DNA of 32,000 nt from Cereibacter sphaeroides 2.4.1 (GTDB lineage Bacteria > Pseudomonadota > Alphaproteobacteria > Rhodobacterales > Rhodobacteraceae): assembly GCF_000012905.2 (NCBI RefSeq), contig NC_007493.2, positions 240,001 to 272,000 of the forward strand, in the 5' to 3' direction. Below the pieces are notes generated by a model, which saw only the letters and a program-made list of their open reading frames with translations, searched no databases and was not told the origin of the DNA. This document shows positions 15,162-24,656 of the stretch, piece after piece (within the stretch, counting starts at the first letter, position 1; every line of letters starts with the position of its first letter). A program made the position numbers and the translations under genes.

Positions 15162-15191
15162 GTGCGCAATTTCAAGGGTTTGCGGGAGACA

Positions 15192-15267
15192 TGGTGACCC
15201 CGGCAGGACTTGAACCTGCAACCTATCCCTTAGGAGGGGATCGCTCTATCCGTTGAGCTACGGGGCC
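15192..15267 (-). tRNA. tRNA-Arg (anticodon CCU)
   Basis: The minus strand folds as a 76-nt cloverleaf.
- Sequence: GGCCCCG-TA-GCTC-AACGGATA-GAGC-G-ATCCC-CTCCTAA-GGGAT-AGGTT-GCAGG-TTCAAGT-CCTGC-CGGGGTC-A-CCA.
- Acceptor stem is 7 bp with one G-U pair.
- T-loop is TTCAAGT.
- Anticodon loop CT-CCT-AA gives CCU (Arg).
- The 3' CCA is encoded. Confidence 0.9.
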
Positions 15268-15288
15268 GAGAACCACTCGGGCCTGCCC

Positions 15289-15317
15289 TTAATGCGGCCA
15301 ATCGGCGCCTCTTGCAA
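15289..15317 (-). promoter_or_regulatory. Possible promoter of tRNA-Arg
   Basis: Minus strand reads TTGCAA (15317-15312), a 17-nt spacer, then CATTAA (15294-15289), about 21 nt upstream of the mature tRNA 5' end. Pattern match only. Confidence 0.3.
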
Positions 15318-15565
15318 GGTGCGAGGAACGGCTCTGCGGAGGGAATGGCTGCGCTAGGGAGGGGAGAGCTGGGGGAGTGACTCTTGGCCCACCACTCCCC
15401 CATGGGTCCATCGCGTCCGTCTTGGAGAGCTTGCACGACGCTCAGGATCAGAAAGGCCGAAGTGTTCGGCCGTTATCGCTAACATGGCACAGCCAGAGGC
15501 CTTGGACAAGCCCCCGCAATGAGGTTAACAAGAAAACGTAAGGTCATTATGCAAGAGATGTTTCC

Positions 15566-16603
15566 GTGGCGAAAGAGCCGTCCTCCGCCCTGCAGCGACG
15601 TCCCCTGACATTGCGCGACGTCTCCGACGCGTCGGGTGTCTCCGAGATGACCGTGAGCCGGGTGCTGCGGAATCGGGGCGACGTGTCGGGAGCCACGCGC
15701 GAGCGGGTGCTGGCCGCCGCGCGCGAGCTGGGCTATGTGCCGAACCGCATCGCCGGGGCGCTCGCGAGCCAGCGGGTGAACCTCGTCGCGGTCATCATCC
15801 CCTCCCTGTCCAACATGGTCTTTCCCGAGGTGCTGACCGGCGTCTCGGAAGTGCTCGAGGACACGGGCCTGCAGCCGGTGGTGGGGGTGACCAACTATTC
15901 GCCCGAACGCGAGGAGAAGGTGCTCTACGAGATGCTCTCGTGGCGCCCGTCGGGGATCATCATCGCAGGGCTCGAGCGGAGCCATGCGGCGCGGGCCATG
16001 CTGGAGAATGCGGGCATCCCCATCGTCGAGATCATGGATGTGGACGGCACGCCGGTCGACAATGCAGTGGGGATCTCGCACCGCCGCGCGGGGCGGCACA
16101 TGGCCGAGGCGATCGTGGCCGCGGGATACCGGCGCATCGGGTTCCTCGGCACGATGATGCCCTACGACCACCGCGCCCGGAAGCGGCTGGAAGGGTTCGA
16201 GAGCGCCCTGATCGCGGCGGGCCTGACGGTCGAGGACCGCGAATTCTACTCGGGCGGCTCGGCGCTTCTGAAGGGGCGGGAGATGACCGAGACCATTCTC
16301 TCGCGCTCGCCCGACCTCGACTTCCTCTACTACTCGAACGACCTGATCGGCGCGGGGGGCCTCCTGTGGTGCCTCAACCACGCGATCGAGGTGCCCGAGA
16401 AGGTGGGGCTTGCGGGGTTCAACGGCGTGGAGCTGGTGCAGGGGCTGCCCTGTCACCTCGCCACGATGGACGCCTGCAGGCTCGAGATCGGGCGCAAGGC
16501 GGCCGAGATCGTCGCAGGCAAGCGCGCGGACGGGGCCATGTCGGGGCTGGTGATCGAGTTGGAGCCGAAGCTCGAACCGGGCGACACGATCCGCCGGCGC
16601 TGA
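15566..16603 (+). CDS. LacI-family transcriptional regulator
   Basis: N-terminal HTH TLRDVSDASGVSEMTVSRVLRNRGDVSGATRERVLAAARELGYVPN, followed by a periplasmic-binding-protein-like sugar-binding fold. GTG start at 15566. Confidence 0.85.
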   Translation: MAKEPSSALQRRPLTLRDVSDASGVSEMTVSRVLRNRGDVSGATRERVLAAARELGYVPNRIAGALASQRVNLVAVIIPSLSNMVFPEVLTGVSEVLEDTGLQPVVGVTNYSPEREEKVLYEMLSWRPSGIIIAGLERSHAARAMLENAGIPIVEIMDVDGTPVDNAVGISHRRAGRHMAEAIVAAGYRRIGFLGTMMPYDHRARKRLEGFESALIAAGLTVEDREFYSGGSALLKGREMTETILSRSPDLDFLYYSNDLIGAGGLLWCLNHAIEVPEKVGLAGFNGVELVQGLPCHLATMDACRLEIGRKAAEIVAGKRADGAMSGLVIELEPKLEPGDTIRRR

Positions 16604-16609
16604 GGCGCC

Positions 16610-17062
16610 TCAGGCGAAGATCGTGACCGCGAGACAGGCCAGCACGACGGCGGTCAGCAGCAGCCGGAGCCGCATCCACCATTCCGGCGCGAGCCCCTGG
16701 CTCCAGAAGGTCCAGTCGAGCGCGAGCAGGCCCGCAAAGCCCGCGGCCAGATAGATCGCGGCCGAGGTCGGGCCGCCGCCCACGAAGAAGAAGGCCCAGA
16801 GCGCCGGGATCACCGACAGGCCGTAGCCGATGGCCGCCTCGCGCCCGCTGGTCCGTGTGGCGAAGCCCCAGAGCACGCCCGACATGAAGGATAGGATCAC
16901 CGTGCCATAGGCGAGGCCCGCATAGGGGCCCACGAAGCGCGGCCCGAGCGTGGTCGCCGCCCAGTCGCCCAAGGCCGGGCGCAGCTCGGTCAGCGCGCTC
17001 CAGAGGAAGGGCAGGAGCCCGGCCAGGCCGAGCAGCAGGGCGGAACGGGGGATGCGGGTCAT
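16610..17062 (-). CDS. DUF3429 family membrane protein
   Basis: 150 aa with four hydrophobic helices. ...LLGLAGLLPF...YGTVILSFMSGVLWG... matches my recollection of DUF3429. An ATGA overlap couples it to the upstream LysE gene. Confidence 0.7.
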   Translation of the reverse strand: MTRIPRSALLLGLAGLLPFLWSALTELRPALGDWAATTLGPRFVGPYAGLAYGTVILSFMSGVLWGFATRTSGREAAIGYGLSVIPALWAFFFVGGGPTSAAIYLAAGFAGLLALDWTFWSQGLAPEWWMRLRLLLTAVVLACLAVTIFA

Positions 17063-17667
17063 GTGCGCTCGAAGGCGAGCCGGGCGCCGAGCCCGGCGAA
17101 GGAGGCGGCGAAGAGGCGCCGGAGCCAGGTGACAAGGCGGGGGCTGGACAGCACCGCGCCGCGCGACAGGGCGGCCAGCGCCACATAGCCGAGGAAGGTG
17201 GCGGCGGTCATGGCGGTGAAGCCGAGGCCCAGCTCGATCAGCAGGCGCGGGGCCTCGGGGCTGCCTGCCGGGATGAACTGCGGCAGGAAGGCCATGAAGA
17301 AGAGCGGCAGCTTCGGATTGAGCAGGTTCAGAAGGATGCCGCGCCGCACGATCCGGGCCGCAGGTTCGGGCGCCGCCGCCTCGAGACGGAGGCCGCCACG
17401 CTCCTGCAGCGTCGCCCAGGCCATCCAGAGGAGATAGGCCACGCCCGCGATCTTCAGGCCCTGGAACAGGACGGCGCTGGCATGCAGGACGGCCGCGAGG
17501 CCCGCCATGGCCGCGACCAGATGGACGCCGGTTGCCAGAGTGCAGCCGAGAACCGCCAGAAGCCCGGCGCGGATGCCGCCGCCGAGCGTGGCCGAGAGCG
17601 TGTAGAGAACGCCGATCCCCGGAGCCGCGCAGACGATGAAAGCGGTCAGCAGGAACTCGGGGCTCAT
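17059..17667 (-). CDS. LysE/RhtB family amino-acid efflux translocator
   Basis: 202 aa. The N-terminal LLTAFIVCAAPGIGVLYTLSATL and ...LNPKLPLFFMAFLPQFI are LysE-family hallmarks. Confidence 0.85.
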   Translation of the reverse strand: MSPEFLLTAFIVCAAPGIGVLYTLSATLGGGIRAGLLAVLGCTLATGVHLVAAMAGLAAVLHASAVLFQGLKIAGVAYLLWMAWATLQERGGLRLEAAAPEPAARIVRRGILLNLLNPKLPLFFMAFLPQFIPAGSPEAPRLLIELGLGFTAMTAATFLGYVALAALSRGAVLSSPRLVTWLRRLFAASFAGLGARLAFERT

Positions 17668-17677
17668 GGTCGGGGCC

Positions 17678-18637
17678 TCACGGAGTCTCGGCAGGCTCGC
17701 GCAGGATGCGCGGCACCTTGAACTCGACGCGCTCCTTCACGGTCTCGACGGCCTCGACGGTCGTGTCGAACCGGGCGCGGAAGGCGGCGATAACCTCGTC
17801 CACCAGCACTTCCGGGGCCGAGGCGCCGGCGGCCACGCCGACGGCGGTTGCGCCCTGCAGCGCCTCCCAGTCGATATCGGTGGCGCGCTGCACGAGCTGC
17901 GCCACGCGGCAGCCGGCGGCGCGGCCCACTTCCACCAGCCGCTTCGAGTTCGAGGAATTCGGCGCCCCGATCACCAGTAGCGCGTCGATCCGGCCCGCAA
18001 TGGCCTTGACCGCGCCCTGACGGTTGGTCGTGGCGTAGCAGATGTCTTCCTTGCGCGGGATCGCGATGGCCGGGAATCGCTCGCGCAGCGCAGCCACGAT
18101 GGCGGCCGTGTCGTCGATCGAGAGCGTGGTCTGGGTGATATAGGCCAGCCGCTCGGGATCCCGCACTTCGAGTCCCGCCACATCCTCCACCGTCTCGACC
18201 AGCAGGACCTCGCCCTCTGGCAGCTGACCCATGGTGCCGACGGTCTCGGGATGACCTGCGTGACCGATCATGATCATCTGCAACCCGTTCTCGTGGTGCC
18301 GCTCGGCCTCGAGATGGACCTTGCTGACCAGCGGGCAGGTGGCATCGACATAGACCATGTTCCGCCGCTCGGCCTCCGCCGGGATCGCCTTCGGCACGCC
18401 GTGGGCCGAGAAGATCACCGGCCGGTCGGTCGGCGCCTCGTCCAGCTCCTCGACGAAGACCGCGCCCATGTCGCGCAGCCTGTCGACGACGAACTTGTTG
18501 TGCACGATCTCGTGCCGGACATAGACGGGAGCGCCCCATTTCTCGAGCGCCATCTCGACGATCTTGATCGCGCGGTCCACGCCCGCGCAGAAGCCCCGGG
18601 GGGCGGCCAGATAGAGGGTGAGGGGAGGCATGGTCAT
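17678..18637 (-). CDS. ispH: 4-hydroxy-3-methylbut-2-enyl diphosphate reductase
   Basis: 319 aa from ATG 18637. [21 protein letters not shown]...[10 protein letters not shown]...[11 protein letters not shown]...HPE...NSSNS are canonical IspH/LytB motifs. The upstream 40 codons of the track ORF were rejected. Confidence 0.9.
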   Translation of the reverse strand: MTMPPLTLYLAAPRGFCAGVDRAIKIVEMALEKWGAPVYVRHEIVHNKFVVDRLRDMGAVFVEELDEAPTDRPVIFSAHGVPKAIPAEAERRNMVYVDATCPLVSKVHLEAERHHENGLQMIMIGHAGHPETVGTMGQLPEGEVLLVETVEDVAGLEVRDPERLAYITQTTLSIDDTAAIVAALRERFPAIAIPRKEDICYATTNRQGAVKAIAGRIDALLVIGAPNSSNSKRLVEVGRAAGCRVAQLVQRATDIDWEALQGATAVGVAAGASAPEVLVDEVIAAFRARFDTTVEAVETVKERVEFKVPRILREPAETP

Positions 18638-18787
18638 GGGCCGGCTCTCTTCGTCCTGTGCAGCCCAGAGGTATTCCGATCGGTGGCTCAGGTCCAGACC
18701 CGCAGGCGCATCCGCCTCAGGATGCCGCACGTTCCGCGCAGGTCTGCGCCGGAGCATGACGGGCTGGAGTTCCTTGGCTTCCGAGCG

Positions 18788-19360
18788 TCACTTCGCCTCG
18801 ACGGCGATCTCTTCACGCTCTACCCGCGGCTCTCGCGGAGGGCGACCGATGACCTCCCGCAGTTCGTCGAGCTCGATGAAATTGTCAGCCTGCCTGCGGA
18901 GTTCGTCGGCGATCATGGGCGGCTGGCTGCGGATCGTCGAGACCACCGAGACGCGCACACCCTGCCGCTGAAGGCTCTCGACCAGCGGACGGAAATCGCC
19001 GTCGCCCGAGAACAGCACGATGTGATCGACCCGCGGCGCAAGTTCCATCGCATCGACCGTCAGCTCGATGTCCATGTTGCCCTTGACCTTGCGGCGTCCC
19101 TGGCTGTCGGTGTATTCCTTGGCCGGCTTCGTGACCATGGTGAAGCCGTTGTAATGCAGCCAGTCCACCAAGGGGCGTATGGGCGAGTAGTCGTCGTTTT
19201 CGAGAAGTGCAGTGTAATAGAACGCCCTCAGCAGCTTGCCGCGGCGCATGAACTCCTGGCGCAGCAGCTTGTAATCAATGTCGAACCCCAGTGCCTTGGC
19301 TGCGGCGTAGAGGTTCGATCCGTCGATGAACAGCGCCAGCCGTTCGTCTTTGTAGAACAT
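18788..19360 (-). CDS. NYN-domain (LabA/DUF88-like) protein
   Basis: LALFIDGSNLYAAAKALGFDIDYKLL...VLFSGDGDFRPLVESLQRQGVRVSVV is the typical NYN/LabA pattern. Its position next to folK-rpoZ fits my recollection of alphaproteobacterial gene order. Confidence 0.8.
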   Translation of the reverse strand: MFYKDERLALFIDGSNLYAAAKALGFDIDYKLLRQEFMRRGKLLRAFYYTALLENDDYSPIRPLVDWLHYNGFTMVTKPAKEYTDSQGRRKVKGNMDIELTVDAMELAPRVDHIVLFSGDGDFRPLVESLQRQGVRVSVVSTIRSQPPMIADELRRQADNFIELDELREVIGRPPREPRVEREEIAVEAK

Positions 19361-19501
19361 TATCCTTGTCCCCTGCGAGAACCCTTGCCCCGGTCAATCT
19401 GCTGTCATCGAGAATAGATTTCGGTAAGCGAAAATGACTAGGGGTCGGATATCAGTGTAATACATCTACCGGCAAGCGGGCCTCATCAGAAACTTATACC
19501 A

Positions 19502-20086
19502 TTGGACAGGCCACCTGGAAAGCAAGCTCTGGTTGCACTCGGATCGAACATGCCATCTGCGGGAAGGTTCCCGGAGGGCAACGTTTCCGAGGCGATTTCT
19601 GCGGTTGCGAGCGCATTTCAAGCCCCATTTCGGGTGAGCAGGCTGTTCAAAACGCCCTTTTTTCCCGCGGGCGCAGCCCCTGATTTTGTCAATGCGGCCA
19701 TGGCTCTGCACCTTACGGATGATGTCGATCCCCGCAAGATCCTCGCACGGCTGCACGAGATCGAGGCGGATTTTGGCCGATCCCGGTCGCACAGATGGGC
19801 CGACCGGACGCTCGACCTCGATCTCATCGCCCTGGATGATTCGGTCTGGCCCGACGCCGACACCCAGGAGCGGTGGAGGCACCTTCCTCCCGAGGAGCAG
19901 GCCCGCCGCACGCCGGACGGGCTCATATTGCCGCACCCCCGACTTCAGGACCGGGCCTTCGTGCTCGTCCCGCTGGCCGACGTGGCGCCCGACTGGCGCC
20001 ATCCGCTGCTTGGCCTGACGGTGAGAGAGATGCTCGCGGCGCTGCCCGAGGCGGAGCGGGCCGCTGCCGTGCCGCTCGAGGCTTGA
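19502..20086 (+). CDS. folK: 2-amino-4-hydroxy-6-hydroxymethyldihydropteridine diphosphokinase
   Basis: ALVALGSN...FVNAAMAL...[26 protein letters not shown]...[23 protein letters not shown] are HPPK motifs. The start is uncertain: the track start at 19502 is a TTG without an obvious RBS. Confidence 0.8.
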   Translation: MDRPPGKQALVALGSNMPSAGRFPEGNVSEAISAVASAFQAPFRVSRLFKTPFFPAGAAPDFVNAAMALHLTDDVDPRKILARLHEIEADFGRSRSHRWADRTLDLDLIALDDSVWPDADTQERWRHLPPEEQARRTPDGLILPHPRLQDRAFVLVPLADVAPDWRHPLLGLTVREMLAALPEAERAAAVPLEA

Positions 20087-20104
20087 GGATCAGGGATTCC
20101 GCCC

Positions 20105-20133
20105 TTGTCAAGAGGCGGGGCGGCCGTTACATA
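20105..20133 (+). promoter_or_regulatory. Candidate sigma70-type promoter for rpoZ-spoT
   Basis: TTGTCA (20105-20110), a 17-nt spacer, then TACATA (20128-20133), 38 nt upstream of the rpoZ ATG. Pattern match only. Confidence 0.3.
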
Positions 20134-20170
20134 GGCCGCTCCATGCCCCCTGTCCGAAACGGAGACTCCC

Positions 20171-20524
20171 ATGGCCCGCGTGACGGTTGAAGACTGCGTT
20201 GACAAGGTCCCGAACCGGTTCGAGCTGGTGATGCTGGCTGCCCATCGGGCACGCGAGATCGCCTCGGGCTCGTCGCTGACCATCGACCGCGACAATGACA
20301 AGAACCCTGTCGTGGCGCTGCGCGAGATCGCGGAAGAGACCCAGAGCGCCGAGTCGCTGCGCGAGCGCATGATCGAGAGCCACCAGACCCAGATCGAGGT
20401 GGACGAGCCGGAAGAGGATCAGATGGCGCTGCTCATGGGCAGCGAGGTCGACCGCCCGGTGCAGGACGACATGTCCGAAGAGAAGCTGCTGCGTGCGCTC
20501 ATGGAAGCGCAGGGGCAGAACTGA
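20171..20524 (+). CDS. rpoZ: DNA-directed RNA polymerase subunit omega
   Basis: [30 protein letters not shown]... is the canonical RpoZ N-terminus. RBS GGAGA. An acidic C-terminal tail as in alphaproteobacterial RpoZ. Confidence 0.95.
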   Translation: MARVTVEDCVDKVPNRFELVMLAAHRAREIASGSSLTIDRDNDKNPVVALREIAEETQSAESLRERMIESHQTQIEVDEPEEDQMALLMGSEVDRPVQDDMSEEKLLRALMEAQGQN

Positions 20525-20554
20525 TTTATTGTTGAACCTGTTGCGGCCGGGGCC

Positions 20555-22672
20555 ATGATCGACGTCGAAGACCTGATCGCCCTGGTCCGCAACTACAACC
20601 CGCGCACCAATGCCGACCTGATCCGCCGGGCCTATGCCTACGGCCGGCAGATGCACGAGGGCCAGTTCCGCCACTCGGGCGAGCCCTACTTCACCCATCC
20701 AGTCGCCGTCGCCGCCATCCTGACCGAGCAGCGGCTCGATGACGCGACCATCGTGACGGCGCTGTTGCACGACACGATCGAGGACACGAAGTCCACCTAC
20801 ACCGAAGTCGCCCGTCTCTTCGGCGAGGATATCGCCGAGCTGGTGAACGGGGTCACGAAGCTCACCAACCTCGAGCTCTCCTCGGCGCAATCCAAGCAGG
20901 CCGAGAATTTCCGCAAGCTGTTCATGGCGATGTCGAAGGATCTGCGGGTGATCCTCGTGAAGCTCGCCGACCGCCTGCACAATATGCGCACCATCAAGTC
21001 GATGCGCCCCGAGAAGCAGGCCCAGAAGGCGCGCGAGACGATGGAGATCTTCGCGCCGCTCGCGGGCCGCATGGGGATGCAGTGGATGCGCGAGGAGCTG
21101 GAAGACCTCGCCTTCCGCGTCCTGAACCCCGAGGCGCGCAACTCGATCATCCGCCGCTTCATCACGCTCCAGCGCGAGACGGGCGATGTGGTCCACAAGA
21201 TCACCGCCGACATCCGGCTGGAGCTGGAAAAGGCGCAGATCGAGGCCGACGTCTACGGACGGGCCAAGAAGCCTTACTCGATCTGGCGCAAGATGCAGGA
21301 GAAGGATCTGGCCTTCTCGCGTCTCTCCGACATCTACGGCTTCCGCGTCATCTGCAAGGATGTGGCCGACTGCTACCGCATCCTCGGCGTGATCCACCAG
21401 CGTTGGCGCGCGGTGCCGGGGCGGTTCAAGGACTATATCAGCCAGCCCAAGTCGAACGGCTACCGCTCGATCCACACGACGGTCTCGGGGCGCGACGGCA
21501 AGCGGGTCGAGGTGCAGATCCGCACCCGCCAGATGCACGAGGTGGCCGAGGCCGGCGTGGCCGCGCACTGGAGCTACCGCGAGGGCGTGCGCGTCCACAA
21601 CCCGTTCGCCGTCGATCCCGCCCGCTGGATCGCGAGCCTGACCGAACGGCTGGACGAGGACGACCATGACGAGTTCATGGAGAACGTGAAGCTCGAGATG
21701 TACACCGACCAGGTGTTCTGCTTCACGCCGAAGGGCGACGTGATCCAGCTGCCGCGGGGGGCGACGCCGCTCGATTTCGCCTATGCGATCCACACCCGCA
21801 TCGGCCATTCCACCGTCTCGGCCAAGGTCGACGGCATCCGCGTGCCGCTCTGGACCCGGCTGAAGAACGGCCAGTCGGTCGAGATCATCACCGCCGAGGG
21901 GCAGCGCCCGCAGGCCTCCTGGATCGACATCGTGACGACGGGGCGGGCCAAGGCCGCGATCCGGCGCAGCCTGCGCGAGGAGGACCGGGGCCGCTTCGTG
22001 AAGCTCGGGCAGGAACTCGTGCGCGCGGCCTTCGACCATGTGGGGCGCAAGGCCACCGACAAGGCGCTTAGGACGGCGGCGAAGATGCTGGGCCTCTCGG
22101 ACGAGACCGAGCTTCTGGCGCAGCTGGGCTCTGCCGAGCTGACCGCGCGCAAGGTGGTCGAGACCCTTTATCCCGAACTCGTGCGCTCGAGCGGGCCCGA
22201 GGTCGACATGCAGCGCCCGGTGGTCGGCCTGTCCGACGATCAGCAGTTCCGTCGCGCCAAATGCTGCCAGCCGGTGCCGGGCGAGCGGATCGTGGGCATC
22301 ACCTACCGCGGGCAGGGCGTGGTCATCCATGCCATCGACTGCCCGGCCCTCGAGGAGTTCGAGGAACAGCCCTCGCGCTGGATCGACCTGCACTGGCACG
22401 CCGGGCGCCATGCGCCTGTCCACACCGTGACGCTCGATCTCACGATTTCGAACGATGCGGGCGTTCTGGGACGGATCTGCACCTTGATCGGAGAGCAGAA
22501 GGCCAATATCTCGGACCTGAGGTTCACCGATCGCAAGCCCGACTTCTATCGCCTTCTGGTCGATGTGGATCTGTGCGATGTCGAACATCTGCACACGCTG
22601 ATGACCGCCCTCGAAGCCGAGACGGATGTGGCGCAGATATCCCGGCACCGCGATCTGAGCAGGAAACCCTGA
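20555..22672 (+). CDS. spoT: Bifunctional (p)ppGpp synthetase/hydrolase (RelA/SpoT homologue)
   Basis: 705 aa. It has the HD hydrolase domain (HPVAVA...LLHDTIEDT), the synthetase domain (GRAKKPYSIWRKM...YRSIHT), TGS (VFCFTPKGDVIQLPRGATPLDFAYAIHT) and a C-terminal ACT-like domain. Confidence 0.95.
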   Translation: MIDVEDLIALVRNYNPRTNADLIRRAYAYGRQMHEGQFRHSGEPYFTHPVAVAAILTEQRLDDATIVTALLHDTIEDTKSTYTEVARLFGEDIAELVNGVTKLTNLELSSAQSKQAENFRKLFMAMSKDLRVILVKLADRLHNMRTIKSMRPEKQAQKARETMEIFAPLAGRMGMQWMREELEDLAFRVLNPEARNSIIRRFITLQRETGDVVHKITADIRLELEKAQIEADVYGRAKKPYSIWRKMQEKDLAFSRLSDIYGFRVICKDVADCYRILGVIHQRWRAVPGRFKDYISQPKSNGYRSIHTTVSGRDGKRVEVQIRTRQMHEVAEAGVAAHWSYREGVRVHNPFAVDPARWIASLTERLDEDDHDEFMENVKLEMYTDQVFCFTPKGDVIQLPRGATPLDFAYAIHTRIGHSTVSAKVDGIRVPLWTRLKNGQSVEIITAEGQRPQASWIDIVTTGRAKAAIRRSLREEDRGRFVKLGQELVRAAFDHVGRKATDKALRTAAKMLGLSDETELLAQLGSAELTARKVVETLYPELVRSSGPEVDMQRPVVGLSDDQQFRRAKCCQPVPGERIVGITYRGQGVVIHAIDCPALEEFEEQPSRWIDLHWHAGRHAPVHTVTLDLTISNDAGVLGRICTLIGEQKANISDLRFTDRKPDFYRLLVDVDLCDVEHLHTLMTALEAETDVAQISRHRDLSRKP

Positions 22673-22688
22673 CCGGCAGGGAGAGGAA

Positions 22689-23345
22689 GTGGTCTTCAAG
22701 CGGCGCAACCCACGCACCTGGCGGCAGATCGCCCAGGAATCCGTGTGGCCCCGCGGCGGCTGGTCCCGTGCCGCCCAGTATGTGAAGCACCGCCTGACCC
22801 GCCTGCCCGACGAGCCGCACCGGATCGCGCGCGGCGTCTTCGCGGGCGTCTTCATCTCCTTCACGCCCTTCTTCGGCTTCCACCTCATCGGCGGCGCGCT
22901 GCTGGGCTGGATCCTGCGCGGCAACATTCTGGCCGCGCTGCTGGCGACCTTCGTGGGCAACCCCGTGACGATGCCCGTCATCGCGCTTGTCTCGGTCGAG
23001 ATCGGCCACTGGATGCTCGGCATCGACGTGCCGCTGAACATCGTCAACATCTTCAAGGCCTTCTCCGACGCGGGCACCGAGCTCTGGGCGAACTTCCTCG
23101 CCATCTTCAGCGACGAACCCGCGCGCTGGAGCAACCTCGGGCGGTTCTTCGAGACCATCTACCTGCCCTATCTGGTGGGCGGGATCCTTCCGGGGCTTGC
23201 GGTGAGCTACGGCTTCTACCACCTGACCATCCCGGTGATCCGCGCCTATCAGAAGCTCCGCGCGATGCGGGTGCAGGCGCGCCGGGCCCGCGAGCGCCGC
23301 CGCGCCGGTGCGGAGGCGGATGACGCGGGCGCGGGAAGCCAATAG
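22689..23345 (+). CDS. DUF2062 domain membrane protein
   Basis: GTG 22689 with RBS GGGAGAGGAA. ...HRIARGVFAGVFISFTPFFGFHLIGGALLGWILRGNILAALLATFVGNPVT... is the DUF2062 core. Confidence 0.8.
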   Translation: MVFKRRNPRTWRQIAQESVWPRGGWSRAAQYVKHRLTRLPDEPHRIARGVFAGVFISFTPFFGFHLIGGALLGWILRGNILAALLATFVGNPVTMPVIALVSVEIGHWMLGIDVPLNIVNIFKAFSDAGTELWANFLAIFSDEPARWSNLGRFFETIYLPYLVGGILPGLAVSYGFYHLTIPVIRAYQKLRAMRVQARRARERRRAGAEADDAGAGSQ

Positions 23346-23381
23346 GATGGGCGAAACTTCTTGGAAACGGGCGGACGCGCG

Positions 23382-24140
23382 ATGAAACCTTTGGGCCGGC
23401 TGCGGCTGGGCGTGAACATTGACCATGTGGCGACGGTGCGGAATGCGCGCGGGACCTCCTATCCCGATCCGCTGCGCGCGGGGCTTCTGGCCGAGGCGGC
23501 CGGCGCCGACGGCATCACCGCCCACCTGCGCGAGGATCGCCGCCACATCCGCGACGAGGACATCACCGCCCTCATGCAGGGGCTGCGCGTGCCGCTGAAC
23601 CTCGAGATGGCGACCACGCCCGAGATGCAGGCCATCGCGCTGCGCCACAAGCCGCACGCCGTCTGCCTCGTGCCCGAGCGGCGCGAGGAGCGCACGACCG
23701 AGGGCGGCATCGACGTGGCGGGCGACATCGGGCGGCTGAAGGATTTCGTGGCCCCTCTGCGCGCGGCGGGCTGCCGCGTGTCGATGTTCATCGGCCACGA
23801 CGTGCGCCAGATCGAGGCCTCGGCCGAGATCGGCGCGGCGGTGGTCGAGCTGCACACCGGCCATTACTGCGACCTTGTGGCGGAAGGCCGCACCGCCGAG
23901 GCCGCGCGCGAGCTGGAAGCCCTGCGCGAGGGGGCGGCGCTCGCCCATTCGCTGGGCCTCGAGGTCCATGCCGGCCACGGGATCAGTTACGACACGGTGG
24001 CCGAGATCGCCGCCTTCCCGCAGGTGATGGAGCTCAACATCGGCCATTTCCTGATCGGCGAGGCGATCTTCCGCGGCCTCGGCAGCGCCATCGAGGGAAT
24101 GCGGCGACGCATGGATGCGGCGCGCGAGGCCGCAGCTTGA
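23382..24140 (+). CDS. pdxJ: Pyridoxine 5'-phosphate synthase
   Basis: 252 aa from ATG 23382. [16 protein letters not shown]...[12 protein letters not shown]...LNLEMA...VCLVPE...VELHTG...HAGHG are PdxJ signatures. Confidence 0.9.
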   Translation: MKPLGRLRLGVNIDHVATVRNARGTSYPDPLRAGLLAEAAGADGITAHLREDRRHIRDEDITALMQGLRVPLNLEMATTPEMQAIALRHKPHAVCLVPERREERTTEGGIDVAGDIGRLKDFVAPLRAAGCRVSMFIGHDVRQIEASAEIGAAVVELHTGHYCDLVAEGRTAEAARELEALREGAALAHSLGLEVHAGHGISYDTVAEIAAFPQVMELNIGHFLIGEAIFRGLGSAIEGMRRRMDAAREAAA

Positions 24141-24171
24141 GCAAAGCCGGAGCGGGCAGGGGGGCAGGGCG

Positions 24172-24585
24172 ATGATCCTCGGGATCGGCACCGACCTCGC
24201 CAACATCGACCGGATGGAGAAGACGCTCGCCCGCTTCGGCGAGCGTTTCCGCAATCGCGTCTTCACGCCGCTCGAACAGGCCAAGGCCGAGCGGCGGGCG
24301 GATGTGGCGGGCACCTATGCGAAGCGATGGGCCGCGAAGGAGGCCTGCTCGAAGGCGCTCGGCACCGGGCTGCGCATGGGCATCGCCTGGAAGGACATGA
24401 GCGTGGCGAACCTCGAGACCGGCCAGCCCGTCATGCGGCTGACCGGCTGGGCAGCCGAACGGCTCGCCTCCATGACGCCGCCGGGCCACGAGGCGGTCGT
24501 CCATGTCAGCCTGACCGACGATCATCCCTGGGCGCAGGCCTTCGTCGTGATCGAGGCGCGGCCGCGCGCGGCCCCGCCAGCTTGA
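24172..24585 (+). CDS. acpS: Holo-[acyl-carrier-protein] synthase
   Basis: 137 aa from ATG 24172. MILGIGTDL...FTP.E...[14 protein letters not shown]... is canonical AcpS. Confidence 0.9.
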   Translation: MILGIGTDLANIDRMEKTLARFGERFRNRVFTPLEQAKAERRADVAGTYAKRWAAKEACSKALGTGLRMGIAWKDMSVANLETGQPVMRLTGWAAERLASMTPPGHEAVVHVSLTDDHPWAQAFVVIEARPRAAPPA

Positions 24586-24656
24586 CTCATCCCGCACCGG
24601 CGCGCATGAAGCGCCGGATTGGGCGGCCGGCCCGCAAACAGACAGGCAGTGTGACC

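Larger units (their letters stand above)
490..15191. mobile_element. Defective or truncated prophage (or phage-derived island) integrated at tRNA-Arg(CCU)
   Basis: It contains int and xis next to the tRNA 3' end, an immunity switch, HNH-terS-terL-portal-protease, and locally AT-richer regulatory spacers. The right boundary is set by the tRNA. The left boundary is only the last phage gene seen. No att duplicate was found by eye. Confidence 0.6.

Noticed and set aside
15230-15436. 68-aa minus-strand ORF
   Set aside because: It overlaps the tRNA-Arg gene and its promoter region and has no RBS, so it is an artefact.
18638-18757. N-terminal extension of ispH (track ORF start at 18757)
   Set aside because: IspH homologues start at the [19 protein letters not shown] region. 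ATG 18637 has an upstream purine-rich RBS, and the 40 extra codons have no coding character.
20108-23158. 1016-aa ORF on the minus strand, the longest ORF in the window
   Set aside because: It is exactly antisense to rpoZ, spoT and the DUF2062 gene, all of which have unmistakable conserved motifs on the plus strand. Its product is Arg/Gly/Ala/Pro/His-rich and low-complexity. It is the stop-poor antisense frame typical of high-GC DNA.
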